This document shows, piece by piece, positions 1 to 10,100 of a stretch of 64,000 nt of DNA. The position numbers were made by a program, and so were the translations under genes. Numbering within the stretch: the stretch's first letter is position 1; every line of letters starts with the position of its first letter. Source of the stretch: Candidatus Choladocola sp. (GTDB lineage: Bacteria > Bacillota > Clostridia > Lachnospirales > Lachnospiraceae); contig JAXEBU010000061.1 of NCBI GenBank assembly GCA_034093895.1, positions 24,261-88,260 on the forward strand. The letters run 5' to 3'. The notes under the pieces are model-generated. The model had not been told where the DNA came from. It ran no database searches and saw nothing but the letters and a program-made list of their open reading frames with translations.

Positions 1-1646
1 ATCGTTTCTCCTTCTGCAAGTCCTTCCACTGCCCCGATCTGTTTCAATGATTCATCCAGAACGTACAGGCTGTTGTGTTCTTCCCAGTTCTGTGAATAGT
101 ACTCTCCGGTAAATTCACTGATCAGATCACGTACGATATTCAGGTCATCGCCGTAATACGTCGTGACAACGCGCAGTTTCCCGTCGTACTCATTCATGGA
201 GAAGGAATTGTTCAGGTATCCTCTTACAGAACCGGCTGCGACACCGGTGATACAGCCGTTTTCATAGTGAAATTTTGTAATTTCAGTTCTGGCCTGTGAG
301 GAACGGTACATTTCATTTGCAATATAAATATTGTCTGTGCTCACGTAAAAATTCGATGCGCCTGATACGAGAATCTTCGTATCTGTTATCCCGGATGGCT
401 GTTCCGTATTCACAGAAGAAATAACGAGACAGGTGCTGTCTGTCAGGGAATCCGGAATATAAAAGTCGGATGCTGCTGCTTCTTTTCCGTTGATTCTCGG
501 TGCGATCGTGCTGTCTTCATACGTATCAGAGATGGAAGGCCGGTAGGAAGTAAACAGGTAAATCCAGGAACCGTTTTTTCTGGAATCCCGGTAATATCCT
601 TCCTGCGTTACCGTGCCGAGAAGAGCAGGCGCACTTCGGTCTGAGATATCGTAGGTACGCAGTACGGCCTGTTCTGATGTACTTGTGTAGTAAACTTCAC
701 TGTCGTTTTCCAGTGTCGTACTGTATTCTGTCGTGATGATGGCAAGGGTGTCCCCGTCGAGATACATCTCCTGTACAGACGCGTCTGCCGGACCGTTCAG
801 TCCGGTAACGCTGACTGTCTCAAGACGGTCACCGTCTGCCTTCACAATGGCAAAGGAGCCGTTCTGGCGGAGAATATAGATCCAGCTGCCGTCCGTTTTC
901 ACAATATCTCCTTCATCCACACCGAGTTCCTGCAGATTGGTGGTGGAGAAATCACCGGCAGCTTTTCCGGTGCCGGTATCATACATTGCGGTATCGGCAG
1001 TCATGGTGGCAGAGAGTTCCGGCATGGCTTCTGCATCTTCTTCGTATACGATACTTCCCCTTGCACCGTTGGCAGCTGTGAAGGAAGATCCGATCTGGTC
1101 GTACAGTGTACGGTAGATTTCCTGATAGTCCGTGGCATAAGTAAAATTATCAGAGGGAGGAAGATAACCGGATTTTGTTTCCTCTGCTGTAACGGCAGAT
1201 TTCTGTGAAGATGCGTCCTGCCCGGACCAGGTTATATCGGAATCAGCGGAAGGCTCTGTGTCTGCGCGGACAGCGGAATCAGCGGAAGGTTCTGTGTCTG
1301 CCCGAGCTGCTTCTTTGGCTGTGAAGGTATCTGCTGCCGCAACTTCACCGTTTCCCTCTGTTTCTCTGAGATCGGAGATTTGTTTTGCCTGCCATGCTAC
1401 GGTCAGGCAGAGCGCAAATACAGCGGCCATGCTGCCCCAGCGGACCGCAGAGCGGAAAAGGGTTCTGCTCTTTTGGGGGCGATTTGTTTTTTCTGGTTCC
1501 TGAAGAGCGGGTGTTTCATTTTCTGCGTTTTTCTCCTGCTTTTCGGACAGGAGCATCTGCTCAATGGCATCCGGCTGCAGAGAGGCAGGCGGTGTGATAT
1601 CCTGAGCATCATCGAATATTTTTTTCATGAAATCTTTTTCGTTCAT
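1..1646 (-). CDS. Membrane-anchored beta-propeller domain protein (Beta_propel/PF09826-like), probable anti-sigma partner; runs off the window start
   Basis: Not in the ORF track (no stop in window). Minus-strand ATG at 1646 after RBS GAAAGGAG; reads MNEKDFMKK..., TM segment WGSMAAVFALCLTVAW, family motif FSTTNLQELGVDEGDIVKTDG. Confidence 0.8.
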   Translation of the reverse strand, partial: MNEKDFMKKIFDDAQDITPPASLQPDAIEQMLLSEKQEKNAENETPALQEPEKTNRPQKSRTLFRSAVRWGSMAAVFALCLTVAWQAKQISDLRETEGNGEVAAADTFTAKEAARADTEPSADSAVRADTEPSADSDITWSGQDASSQKSAVTAEETKSGYLPPSDNFTYATDYQEIYRTLYDQIGSSFTAANGARGSIVYEEDAEAMPELSATMTADTAMYDTGTGKAAGDFSTTNLQELGVDEGDIVKTDGSWIYILRQNGSFAIVKADGDRLETVSVTGLNGPADASVQEMYLDGDTLAIITTEYSTTLENDSEVYYTSTSEQAVLRTYDISDRSAPALLGTVTQEGYYRDSRKNGSWIYLFTSYRPSISDTYEDSTIAPRINGKEAAASDFYIPDSLTDSTCLVISSVNTEQPSGITDTKILVSGASNFYVSTDNIYIANEMYRSSQARTEITKFHYENGCITGVAAGSVRGYLNNSFSMNEYDGKLRVVTTYYGDDLNIVRDLISEFTGEYYSQNWEEHNSLYVLDESLKQIGAVEGLAEGET

Positions 1647-1667
1647 GGGGATCTCCTTTCCTGAATT

Positions 1668-2168
1668 CTATATAAGCTGTGCTTCCATTTTTTTCAGTGC
1701 CCGGCTCTGGCGTGAGCGGACTGTGTTTGGATTCATATTCAGAATAGTGCCGATCTCCTGACTGGAGTAACCGGCAAACACACTCATGGAAACAATCATC
1801 CTGTCTTCGTCGGACAGGGATGTAAATGCACGGCGGACGTCCGTCTGCTCCCAGAGCTCAGGAGCGGGACTGCCAAGTGACTCGTCCAGCTCTTCTTCCC
1901 GGCGGGTATACTGACGGATACGGCGGCTGCATTTGGCAGTCAGAATGCGGAAGATCCAGGATTTGAAGGATTCAGCCTCCCTCAGATTCCGGATCTGTGC
2001 AAATGCGTCGATAACAGTTTCACTGACTGCGTCTTCTGCATCCTGTGCATGATGCAGTGTATAAAGTGCAAAGCGGTACAGATCTTTGTATACCGTTTCG
2101 TACAGCTTTGCAAAGGCGTGCGCATCGCCTGTTCTGGCCTGTCGGACAAGCTCATACGTCTGCTTCAT
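1668..2168 (-). CDS. RNA polymerase sigma-70 factor, ECF subfamily
   Basis: Region 2 (DAEDAVSET...FKSWIFRI) and region 4 HTH (YSSQEIGTILNMNPNTVRSR). Confidence 0.93.
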   Translation of the reverse strand: MKQTYELVRQARTGDAHAFAKLYETVYKDLYRFALYTLHHAQDAEDAVSETVIDAFAQIRNLREAESFKSWIFRILTAKCSRRIRQYTRREEELDESLGSPAPELWEQTDVRRAFTSLSDEDRMIVSMSVFAGYSSQEIGTILNMNPNTVRSRQSRALKKMEAQLI

Positions 2169-2490
2169 AATTGTCTCATTCCTCCCATTTTTCTCCTTAC
2201 AAACGGATTTCAGATCAGTCGTTAACGATCCGTTCTGTATATTAAGTGTCCGAAAACCTGCATTCTGTTGCAGGCAGATGAAAAGAATTTTTCAAAATCC
2301 GTATATAGCCAGTATAAAGGTATGAAACGGGAAGAGCAACCTTTTCGTTTTTGCCTTGCAGGAAAAGGGAAAAGCAGATATAATAAAAGGTAAATCTACG
2401 CCAAAGGGGGCGATGCGTGCAAAGATCCGTGCGCAAATCCTGCCTTTTGGATGAAATAAGGGAGTTTATCCCGGAAGAAGGAGAAAAAAC

Positions 2491-3879
2491 ATGGACTTTA
2501 CAACAGTGAGAGAATTATACCGCAATAGCGATGCTTATACAGGCAAAGAAGTGACGGTAGGCGGATGGGTGCGCAGCATCCGGGATTCCAGAACATTTGG
2601 TTTTATTGTACTGCATGACGGAACCTTTTTTGAGACGCTTCAGATTGTATATTCTGATAAACTCGAGAACTTTGCGGAGATTTCAAAGCTGAATGTGGGC
2701 GCAGCCATTATTGTAAAAGGAACACTGGTTGCCACACCGAATGCAAAGCAGCCTTTTGAAATTCAGGCAGACTCCGTTGCAGTGGAGGGAGTTTCCACGC
2801 CGGATTACCCGATGCAGAAAAAACGCCATTCTCTGGAGTATTTGAGAACGGTTCCCCATCTGCGCCCGAGAACGAATACATTCCAGGCTGTATTCCGCGT
2901 CCGTTCCCTGATTGCCTATGCGATTCATAAATTTTTCCAGGAGCGCGATTTCGTCTATGTACATGCACCGCTGATTACCGGCAGTGACTGTGAAGGCGCA
3001 GGAGAGATGTTTCAGGTAACGACACTGGATCTGAACAATGTCCCGAAGAATGATCAGGGAGAGATTGACTACTCGCAGGATTTCTTCGGAAAAATGACGA
3101 ACCTTACCGTCAGCGGCCAGCTGGATGTGGAAGCTTTTGCACAGGCCTTCCGCAATGTATATACGTTCGGACCGACCTTCCGCGCCGAGAATTCCAACAC
3201 GGCACGCCACGCTGCAGAGTTCTGGATGATCGAGCCGGAGATTGCCTTTGCCGATCTTCAGGATGATATGATACTGGCAGAAGACATGATCAAGTATATT
3301 ATCCGTTACGTGCTGGAGAACGCTCCGGAGGAGATGAACTTCTTCAACTCTTTTGTGGACAAGGGGCTGCTTGACCGCCTCAACCACGTGCTGAATTCCG
3401 AGTTCGGACACGTGACTTATACGGAAGCCATCGGGATTCTTGAGAAGAATAATGACAAATTTGAGTATAAGGTATCCTGGGGCTGTGATCTGCAGACAGA
3501 GCATGAACGGTACCTGACAGAGCAGGTATTCAAAAAGCCGCTGTTCGTGACAGATTACCCGAAGGATATCAAGGCTTTCTATATGAAACTGAACGAGGAC
3601 GGCAAGACTGTTGCAGCCATGGACTGTCTGGTGCCGGGCATCGGTGAAATCATCGGCGGCAGCCAGAGAGAGGATGACTTTGAAAAACTGCAGACGCGCA
3701 TCAGAGAGCTTGGTATGCGGGAAGAGGATTACAGATATTATATGGATCTGCGCAAATACGGTTCCACTCACCATGCCGGTTTCGGTCTTGGGTTTGAGCG
3801 CTGCGTGATGTACATCACCGGTATGTCCAATATCCGTGACGTGCTTCCGTATCCGCGTACAGTAGGTAACTGCGATTAA
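2491..3879 (+). CDS. asnS: Asparagine--tRNA ligase
   Basis: N-terminal OB fold (GWVRSIR), motif 2 [11 protein letters not shown], motif 3 [15 protein letters not shown]. Confidence 0.97.
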   Translation: MDFTTVRELYRNSDAYTGKEVTVGGWVRSIRDSRTFGFIVLHDGTFFETLQIVYSDKLENFAEISKLNVGAAIIVKGTLVATPNAKQPFEIQADSVAVEGVSTPDYPMQKKRHSLEYLRTVPHLRPRTNTFQAVFRVRSLIAYAIHKFFQERDFVYVHAPLITGSDCEGAGEMFQVTTLDLNNVPKNDQGEIDYSQDFFGKMTNLTVSGQLDVEAFAQAFRNVYTFGPTFRAENSNTARHAAEFWMIEPEIAFADLQDDMILAEDMIKYIIRYVLENAPEEMNFFNSFVDKGLLDRLNHVLNSEFGHVTYTEAIGILEKNNDKFEYKVSWGCDLQTEHERYLTEQVFKKPLFVTDYPKDIKAFYMKLNEDGKTVAAMDCLVPGIGEIIGGSQREDDFEKLQTRIRELGMREEDYRYYMDLRKYGSTHHAGFGLGFERCVMYITGMSNIRDVLPYPRTVGNCD

Positions 3880-3887
3880 ATGCAACC

Positions 3888-3928
3888 GTGCCCTTATCAG
3901 CTGCAGACAGGAGCTGATAAGGGTGCAT
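3888..3928 (+). terminator. Stem-loop after asnS
   Basis: GTGCCCTTATCAGCT...AGCTGATAAGGGTGCAT inverted repeat; no U-tract, so may be a processing/stability hairpin. Confidence 0.45.
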
Positions 3929-3958
3929 GCGGGATGATAAAAAGTGGATGAAGGGACA

Positions 3959-4654
3959 ATGGGGAATAAAATATTAGTATTGGATGACGAAAAAGAGATT
4001 GCCGAAGTGATTGCCCTGTATCTGAAAAATGACGGGTATGAGGTGACAATGGCATATACGGGCCGTGAGGCACTGGAAAAGATACAGCAGGATCCGCCGG
4101 ATCTGGCGCTTCTCGATGTGATGCTGCCGGATATTGACGGATTTCGTGTTTTACAGAAGGTTCGTGAGAAGTACAGATTTCCGGTGATTATGCTTACGGC
4201 AAAAACAGAATATACGGACAAGATTACAGGGCTGACGCTCGGGGCGGATGATTATATTGCAAAACCGTTCAATCCGCTGGAGCTGGTGGCCCGCGTCAAG
4301 GCACAGCTGCGCAGATACACAAAGTATAATGATGCTGCAAAGCAGCAGGGCAATGTGATCGACTTCGCAGGTCTTCTGATGAACCGCGATACACATGAAT
4401 GTATTTACAATGAACGTGAGCTGGTGCTGACTCCCATTGAATTTGATATTCTGTGGTTCCTGTGTGAAAACAGAGGAAAGGTGATCAGCTCGGAGCAGCT
4501 GTTCGAGCAGATCTGGAAGGAAAAGTATTTTAAAAACAGCAATAATACGGTTATGGTGCATATCCGTCATCTGCGGGAAAAGATGGGGGACGGACGGAGA
4601 AAAAGCGATTTTATCAAGACCGTATGGGGAGTAGGATATAAGGTTGAAAAATAA
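3959..4654 (+). CDS. OmpR-family response regulator (VanR-like)
   Basis: REC domain (LVLDDE, LLDVMLP, KPF) plus winged helix (TVMVHIRHLREK, KTVWGVGY). Confidence 0.93.
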   Translation: MGNKILVLDDEKEIAEVIALYLKNDGYEVTMAYTGREALEKIQQDPPDLALLDVMLPDIDGFRVLQKVREKYRFPVIMLTAKTEYTDKITGLTLGADDYIAKPFNPLELVARVKAQLRRYTKYNDAAKQQGNVIDFAGLLMNRDTHECIYNERELVLTPIEFDILWFLCENRGKVISSEQLFEQIWKEKYFKNSNNTVMVHIRHLREKMGDGRRKSDFIKTVWGVGYKVEK

Positions 4655-5774
4655 TTACGGAAAGCTGAAGCGGGCGATTTTGCTGCGTACTGTCCTGATC
4701 ACCGGTCTGGCGGTGGCCGTGGGATATGGAATTCTGACATTCATTGTGGACGGTATTTTTCAGGACAGCTTTGCCGGTCTGGTGGTGAATCTGTTCATGA
4801 AACTGGGGATGGACTACTGGACAGCGGTGGAATGGTATGACCGGATTTTCATATACAACAAATCACTGTTTGTGATGGGCGGGTTCTGTTTGCTGTTTCT
4901 GTTTTTCTTTTATCTGTCCATCGGAAAAATGACAAAGTACCTGAACGATATCAGCGATGCTCTTGAAAAAATACTGAATGGTTCAGAGGAACCGATCGTA
5001 CTGGTGCCGGAACTGGAACCCATGGCTGAGAAGATGTCGACGCTGAAAATGAAGCTGGTGCGCCGGGAGCAGCAGGCGGCGGAGAGCGAGCAGAAGAAAA
5101 ACGAGCTTGTGGTTTATCTCGCCCATGACCTGAAGACGCCGCTCACTTCCGTGATTGCGTATCTGACCATGCTGGATGAGCATCCGGATATGTCACAGGA
5201 AGAAAGGGCAAAATACACGCACATCACACTGGAAAAGGCCATTCGTCTGGAAGAGCTTATCAATGAATTCTTTGAAATTACCAGGTTCAATCTGCAGGGA
5301 ATTGTTCTGGAGAAGGAAGAGATCGATCTGTCCCTTCTGCTGGAACAGCTGGCAGATGAGAGTTACGGAATGCTGAGCGAAAAGAATATGACCTGTGCCG
5401 TTGATGTGGAGGAACGGCTGATGATGCGGGGAGATCCTGACAAGCTGGCACGGGTTTTCGATAATCTGTTGCGGAATGCAGCATCCTATGGCCGGGAGGG
5501 AACGCAGATTCTGATCCAGGCCAGAGGCGGAAAGAACCGTATCACCATTGTGTTTACAAACGAAGGGGTGCAGATTCCGCCCAAAAAACTGGAAATGATA
5601 TTTGAAAAGTTTTACCGTGTAGATGACGCACGGTCGAGCCGGACGGGAGGAGCCGGACTGGGGCTGGCCATTGCAAAACAGATTGTGGAATTGCACGGCG
5701 GGACAATTTCAGCAACAAGTGACAGCCGGAATACGCGGTTCGTTGTTAGTATCCCGGCTTACGATGAGGGGTGA
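4644..5774 (+). CDS. Sensor histidine kinase (VanS-like)
   Basis: Two TM segments, H-box LAHDLKTPLTS, N box NLLRNA, G2 box GGAGLGLAI. Confidence 0.93.
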   Translation: MKNNYGKLKRAILLRTVLITGLAVAVGYGILTFIVDGIFQDSFAGLVVNLFMKLGMDYWTAVEWYDRIFIYNKSLFVMGGFCLLFLFFFYLSIGKMTKYLNDISDALEKILNGSEEPIVLVPELEPMAEKMSTLKMKLVRREQQAAESEQKKNELVVYLAHDLKTPLTSVIAYLTMLDEHPDMSQEERAKYTHITLEKAIRLEELINEFFEITRFNLQGIVLEKEEIDLSLLLEQLADESYGMLSEKNMTCAVDVEERLMMRGDPDKLARVFDNLLRNAASYGREGTQILIQARGGKNRITIVFTNEGVQIPPKKLEMIFEKFYRVDDARSSRTGGAGLGLAIAKQIVELHGGTISATSDSRNTRFVVSIPAYDEG

Positions 5775-5778
5775 TCGG

Positions 5779-6804
5779 ATGGAAAATGACAACAGAAGAA
5801 ATGAGCAGAACAGGCGGCCGGGCGGCAGCCCGTACCAGAACAGAAACGACCGGTACCAGAACGGAAACAGCCAGTATCGCGGAGGAGGCGGACCGTATCA
5901 GAACGGACCGTATAATGGGGGACCATATAACGGAAACGGCGGAGGCAGGAAGAAAAAGAAAAAAGGAATGTCTTTCGGAGAAGTGATGAGCATTCTGCTG
6001 ATGCTGATAGCGCTTTGCGTATTTATCTTTTCCGGTGTGGTTCTGTATGGCTACTACAAGGAGTACAAAAAAGGATCGGATGAATATGATAATCTGCAGA
6101 GCAGCTATTCCTCCGGTACAGACCAGACTGAAGACCTTGACGCTATGGAAGACGACACGGCACTGCAGAGTGTCAGCGGAAGAGAAATGTCCACCGTTTA
6201 CGAAAACGGTGTTCAGGTGACACTGCCCACCATGACAAATCCCATTGATTTTGCAGATCTGCAGAATGTCAATTCTGATGTGGTGGGATGGCTGAAAATC
6301 CGGGCGCTTGATATCTCCTATCCGCTGGTACAGGGGGAGGATAATGACTATTATCTGCACCGGACTTTCGAGAAAACGGACAACTTTGCCGGATGTCTGT
6401 TTGTGAACTGTGATAATAAGTCTGATTTTACAGATCAGAACACTATCATATACGGGCACAATATGAAAAACGGTTCCATGTTCGGTAAGCTGAAGAATTT
6501 CCAGGAGGAGGAAACCTTTGAAAAGAGCAAATATTTCTGGATATTCACGCCGGATCTGATTTATCAGTACCGTATTTTCTCAGCCTGTGTGGTGAACAAG
6601 ACGGGGCTTACGTACCAGACCTCTTACACGAACAGTGAATTTCAGTCACTGATTAATTACGTATATCCGAATTCCGTGGTGAAAAATTCGGATGTACAGG
6701 TATCTGAGAGCGACCGGATTGTGACACTTTCCACGTGTACCGGTGATGATTCCACCAGATTTGTGGTAATGGGAAAACTGGCGCAGATTTATGCGGCAAA
6801 ATAA
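5779..6804 (+). CDS. srtB: Class B sortase with Gly/Asn/Tyr-rich cytoplasmic N-tail
   Basis: TM helix; YPLVQGEDNDYYL, IIYGHNMKNGSMFG and catalytic TLSTC...R motifs; start set at ATG 5779 after GAGGGG. Confidence 0.88.
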   Translation: MENDNRRNEQNRRPGGSPYQNRNDRYQNGNSQYRGGGGPYQNGPYNGGPYNGNGGGRKKKKKGMSFGEVMSILLMLIALCVFIFSGVVLYGYYKEYKKGSDEYDNLQSSYSSGTDQTEDLDAMEDDTALQSVSGREMSTVYENGVQVTLPTMTNPIDFADLQNVNSDVVGWLKIRALDISYPLVQGEDNDYYLHRTFEKTDNFAGCLFVNCDNKSDFTDQNTIIYGHNMKNGSMFGKLKNFQEEETFEKSKYFWIFTPDLIYQYRIFSACVVNKTGLTYQTSYTNSEFQSLINYVYPNSVVKNSDVQVSESDRIVTLSTCTGDDSTRFVVMGKLAQIYAAK

Positions 6805-6873
6805 ACAGAGCCCTCCGGGGCTCTGACGGATCCGGACCCTGCAGGTCCGGACCGGGAAAGAGGGGGAAGGCAG

Positions 6874-7599
6874 ATGGAAGACAGCAGAAAAAAACTGCAG
6901 GAAATAGTCAGTGAGAGCGACAATATTGTATTTTTCGGCGGAGCCGGTGTTTCTACAGAAAGCGGAATCCCTGATTTCCGCAGTGTGGACGGGCTGTATC
7001 ACCAGAAATACGATTATCCGCCGGAAACAATCTTAAGTCACACCTTTTTCGTGAGAAACACGAAAGAGTTTTACCGTTTTTACAGGGACAAGATGCTCTG
7101 CCTCGACTGCAAACCGAATGCAGCCCACCGGAAACTGGCGGAGCTGGAGAAAAAAGGAAAGCTGAAGGCCGTTGTGACGCAGAATATTGACGGACTGCAT
7201 GAGATGGCCGGCAGCAGAACCGTTCTTGAGCTTCATGGCAGTGTTCACAGAAATTACTGCCAGAAATGCGGAAAAATGTATGATGCCGGTTATATGAAAG
7301 ACAGCAAAGGAGATATTCCGCTGTGCGAATGCGGCGGAATCATCAAACCGGATGTGGTACTGTATGAGGAAGGGCTTGACCAGAAAACCATCCAGGATTC
7401 CATTTATTATATTTCCAATGCAGATGTACTCATAATCGGCGGAACGTCTCTGGCTGTGTATCCTGCAGCCGGTCTGATTGATTATTTCCGGGGCAGTCAT
7501 CTTGTGGTAATAAACAAATCTCCGACGCCGCGGGATCGCCATGCGGATCTGCTGATTTCAGACAGCATCGGCGAAGTTCTGGGGGCAATTGAGGTATAG
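6874..7599 (+). CDS. cobB: NAD-dependent protein deacylase (Sir2 family)
   Basis: GGAGVSTESGIPDFRS, TQNIDGLH, ELHGS, Zn cysteines, GTSL. Confidence 0.95.
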   Translation: MEDSRKKLQEIVSESDNIVFFGGAGVSTESGIPDFRSVDGLYHQKYDYPPETILSHTFFVRNTKEFYRFYRDKMLCLDCKPNAAHRKLAELEKKGKLKAVVTQNIDGLHEMAGSRTVLELHGSVHRNYCQKCGKMYDAGYMKDSKGDIPLCECGGIIKPDVVLYEEGLDQKTIQDSIYYISNADVLIIGGTSLAVYPAAGLIDYFRGSHLVVINKSPTPRDRHADLLISDSIGEVLGAIEV

Positions 7600-7627
7600 A
7601 GCAGTTACAGAGAGGAGGCCGTTTGAG

Positions 7628-7846
7628 ATGGACTACGAAGTCGGTGACATTGTAAAATTAAAGAAAAAACATCCCTGCGGCAGTCAGGAGTGGGAAATAC
7701 TGCGTGTCGGTGCTGATTTTCGACTGAAATGCTGCGGATGCGATCATCAGATTATGATTGCCAGAAAGCTGGTTGAGAAAAACACGAGAGGACTTCGGAA
7801 AAAAGAACAAAAATCTGAAGAAACAGACAAAAAAGTGCTTGATTAA
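7628..7846 (+). CDS. DUF951 family protein
   Basis: LKKKHPCGSQEWEILRVGADFRLKC motif; usual position upstream of rpsF. Confidence 0.88.
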   Translation: MDYEVGDIVKLKKKHPCGSQEWEILRVGADFRLKCCGCDHQIMIARKLVEKNTRGLRKKEQKSEETDKKVLD

Positions 7847-7868
7847 AGGACTTCTTTATGGTATCATT
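7838..7868 (+). promoter_or_regulatory. sigma-A promoter of rpsF-ssb-rpsR
   Basis: TTGATT ... TG-G-TATCAT (extended -10). Confidence 0.55.
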
Positions 7869-7887
7869 TTCAATTGTGATATATTAT

Positions 7888-7935
7888 TTCCTTGCTCCTT
7901 TCAGAGAAGAGGGGCCAGAGACCATAAGGAGGTGC
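7888..7935 (+). ncRNA. S6:S18 ribosomal protein leader (autoregulatory RNA)
   Basis: CCTTGCTCC...GACCATAAGGAGGTG hairpin sequestering the rpsF RBS, as in Firmicutes rpsF leaders. Confidence 0.6.
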
Positions 7936-7942
7936 GAGAAGC

Positions 7943-8230
7943 ATGAACAAATACGAATTAGCAGTGGTTGTCAGCGCAAAACTTGAAGACGAAGACAGAG
8001 CCGCTACAATTGAAAAGGTGAAAGAGTACATTACCCGTTTTGGCGGTACTGTAACAGAAGTAGACGAGTGGGGAAAGAGAAAACTCGCTTACGAAATCCA
8101 GAAAATGCGTGAAGGATTCTACTACTTCGTTCGTTTCGAAGCTGATGCAACATGTCCGGGAGAAGTTGAAAAACGCGTCCGTATCATGGAAAATGTCATC
8201 AGATATTTATGCGTTAGACAGGATGCATAA
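7943..8230 (+). CDS. rpsF: 30S ribosomal protein S6
   Basis: MNKYEL..., DEWGKRKLAYEI. Confidence 0.98.
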   Translation: MNKYELAVVVSAKLEDEDRAATIEKVKEYITRFGGTVTEVDEWGKRKLAYEIQKMREGFYYFVRFEADATCPGEVEKRVRIMENVIRYLCVRQDA

Positions 8231-8249
8231 ATAGAAAAGAGGAGATAGA

Positions 8250-8717
8250 ATGAATAAAGTCATCTTAATGGGACGTTTAACCAGAGACCCTGAAGTACGT
8301 TATTCCGCAGGGGATAACTCCATGGCAATCGCCAGATACACACTGGCAGTTGACCGCAGATTCCGTCGTGACGGCAGCGATCAGAATGCCGATTTCATTG
8401 GCTGTGTTGCTTTCGGAAGAAGTGCAGAATTTGCAGAGAAGTATCTTCGTCAGGGTACGAAGGTTGTTGTGACTGGCCGTATTCAGACGGGCAGCTATAC
8501 AAACCGGGATGGCCAGAAAGTATACACCACAGATGTAGTGGTAGAGGATCAGGAATTCGCTGAGAGCAAGGCAGCAGCTTCCGAAAGCGGCATGGGCATG
8601 ATGCGCCAGCCGTCACCGATGGCAGCAGCTCCCATGCCTTCACCGAGCCAGGCATCCTCAGGAGACGGGTTCATGAATATTCCGGACGGAATCGACGAAG
8701 AGCTTCCGTTCAATTAG
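8250..8717 (+). CDS. ssb: Single-stranded DNA-binding protein
   Basis: MNKVILMGRLTRDPE; acidic tail DEELPF. Confidence 0.98.
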   Translation: MNKVILMGRLTRDPEVRYSAGDNSMAIARYTLAVDRRFRRDGSDQNADFIGCVAFGRSAEFAEKYLRQGTKVVVTGRIQTGSYTNRDGQKVYTTDVVVEDQEFAESKAAASESGMGMMRQPSPMAAAPMPSPSQASSGDGFMNIPDGIDEELPFN

Positions 8718-8775
8718 AGCAGTTGGCGGTTGATGAACCGCAGCTGCCGATCATGCGTAAAAGGAGGAACAACCA

Positions 8776-9039
8776 ATGGCATTCAATAAAGATAGAGGCG
8801 ATGCTCCGATGAAGAGAAGAGGCGGCATCCGCAGAAGAAAAAAAGTTTGCGTTTTCTGTGGCAAAGAGAACAATGAGATCGATTACAAGGACGTAAACAA
8901 ACTGAAAAGATACGTATCTGAGAGAGGAAAAATCCTTCCGAGAAGAATCACAGGAAACTGTGCAAAACATCAGAGAGCACTGACCGTAGCTATCAAGAGA
9001 GCTCGTCACGTTGCACTGATGCCGTACGTACAGGACTGA
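8776..9039 (+). CDS. rpsR: 30S ribosomal protein S18
   Basis: [26 protein letters not shown]. Confidence 0.98.
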   Translation: MAFNKDRGDAPMKRRGGIRRRKKVCVFCGKENNEIDYKDVNKLKRYVSERGKILPRRITGNCAKHQRALTVAIKRARHVALMPYVQD

Positions 9040-9069
9040 TTTCAGTACAGCAGAATATTGAACGTATGA

Positions 9070-9112
9070 GACTGCTGCAGAATGCATGAGAGTATTCTGC
9101 AGCAGTTTTTTA
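9070..9112 (+). terminator. Rho-independent terminator of the rpsF operon
   Basis: ACTGCTGCAGAATGC...GTATTCTGCAGCAGT followed by TTTTT. Confidence 0.75.
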
Positions 9113-9316
9113 TCGTACAGGAAACTTTGTTTTCTGTACGACAAAACGCTCCGCGATGATGCGTACTCGCGCGCCAAGTCTCACGTGCGTTCGACTTGAA
9201 CGGGATGAACTATAAAATTAACACATTCTGCTGAAATCTCTGACTATGCGCAGAGACCGGGAGGATTTATAATAATGACAGTCAAAGGAAAACGGGCTGC
9301 TGATTGGTGAGGAGGG

Positions 9317-10081
9317 ATGAGAATGAAAAAGCTGAGGGTTTTACTGGTAGATGATGAAATTATGATCCGGGAAGGATTTAAACGGCTTTTCGACTGGGAG
9401 GCACATGACTGCGTGGTAGTCGGTGAAGCTGCCGATGGCATGGAAGCGTTGACCCAGATCGATACACTCAGACCTGACATCGTTATTATGGATATCAATA
9501 TACCGATCATGAACGGCCTGAAGGTGATTCAGCTTGGCAGGATCAAACATCCTGAAATGGCATTCGTCATAGTATCCGGGTATGATGATTTTTCCTACTG
9601 TCAGCAGGCACTGCGGCTCCAGATCACCGACTATATTCTGAAGCCGGTCAATTACGAAGAATTCGGAAGCTGCATCGATAATCTTAAAATATCGCTGTTT
9701 GAGCACCGCATTTCTTCGGAACAGGAACCGGAGGCTCAGGAGGAACGGGTGATTACAGGCATTACGCGGTACCTTCAGGAGCATCTTCAGGAAGAGATAA
9801 GTCTATCTGTTCTGGCAGAGGAGTTTCATCTGAGTGCCCAGTATATCAGCCAGCTCTTTAAGAATGAGATTGGTGTCGGGTTTCTGGTATATCTGACCAG
9901 TATTCGCATGGAAAAGGCAAAGAAGCTGCTGCTGTCCACATCTCTTTCCATTGCGGAAGTGGCAGAACAGGCGGGCTATGGAGATTACCGCGTGTTTACA
10001 AAGGTTTTTAAAAAGTCTGAGGGAATTACGCCGTCGCAGTACAGACGCGATTTCCTGGACAGGGAAACTTCAAAATTATAA
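9317..10081 (+). CDS. YesN-type response regulator (REC + AraC HTH)
   Basis: LLVDDE, DINIP, KPV; C-terminal AraC signature (YISQLFK...VFKKSEGITPSQYR). Confidence 0.92.
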   Translation: MRMKKLRVLLVDDEIMIREGFKRLFDWEAHDCVVVGEAADGMEALTQIDTLRPDIVIMDINIPIMNGLKVIQLGRIKHPEMAFVIVSGYDDFSYCQQALRLQITDYILKPVNYEEFGSCIDNLKISLFEHRISSEQEPEAQEERVITGITRYLQEHLQEEISLSVLAEEFHLSAQYISQLFKNEIGVGFLVYLTSIRMEKAKKLLLSTSLSIAEVAEQAGYGDYRVFTKVFKKSEGITPSQYRRDFLDRETSKL

Positions 10082-10100
10082 ATCCCGGGAGGAGTAAAAA

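Noticed and set aside
2683-4221. 512-aa antisense ORF over asnS (likewise 32090-33505, 43293-44468, 46572-47711, 5746-6459)
   Set aside because: Shadow frames of well-supported genes; no RBS or recognisable motifs
3959-5774. Vancomycin resistance cluster
   Set aside because: Only a VanRS-like pair; no ligase, dehydrogenase or D,D-peptidase genes
6874-7599. Sir2 anti-phage defence effector
   Set aside because: Typical stand-alone Zn-binding CobB in a housekeeping context
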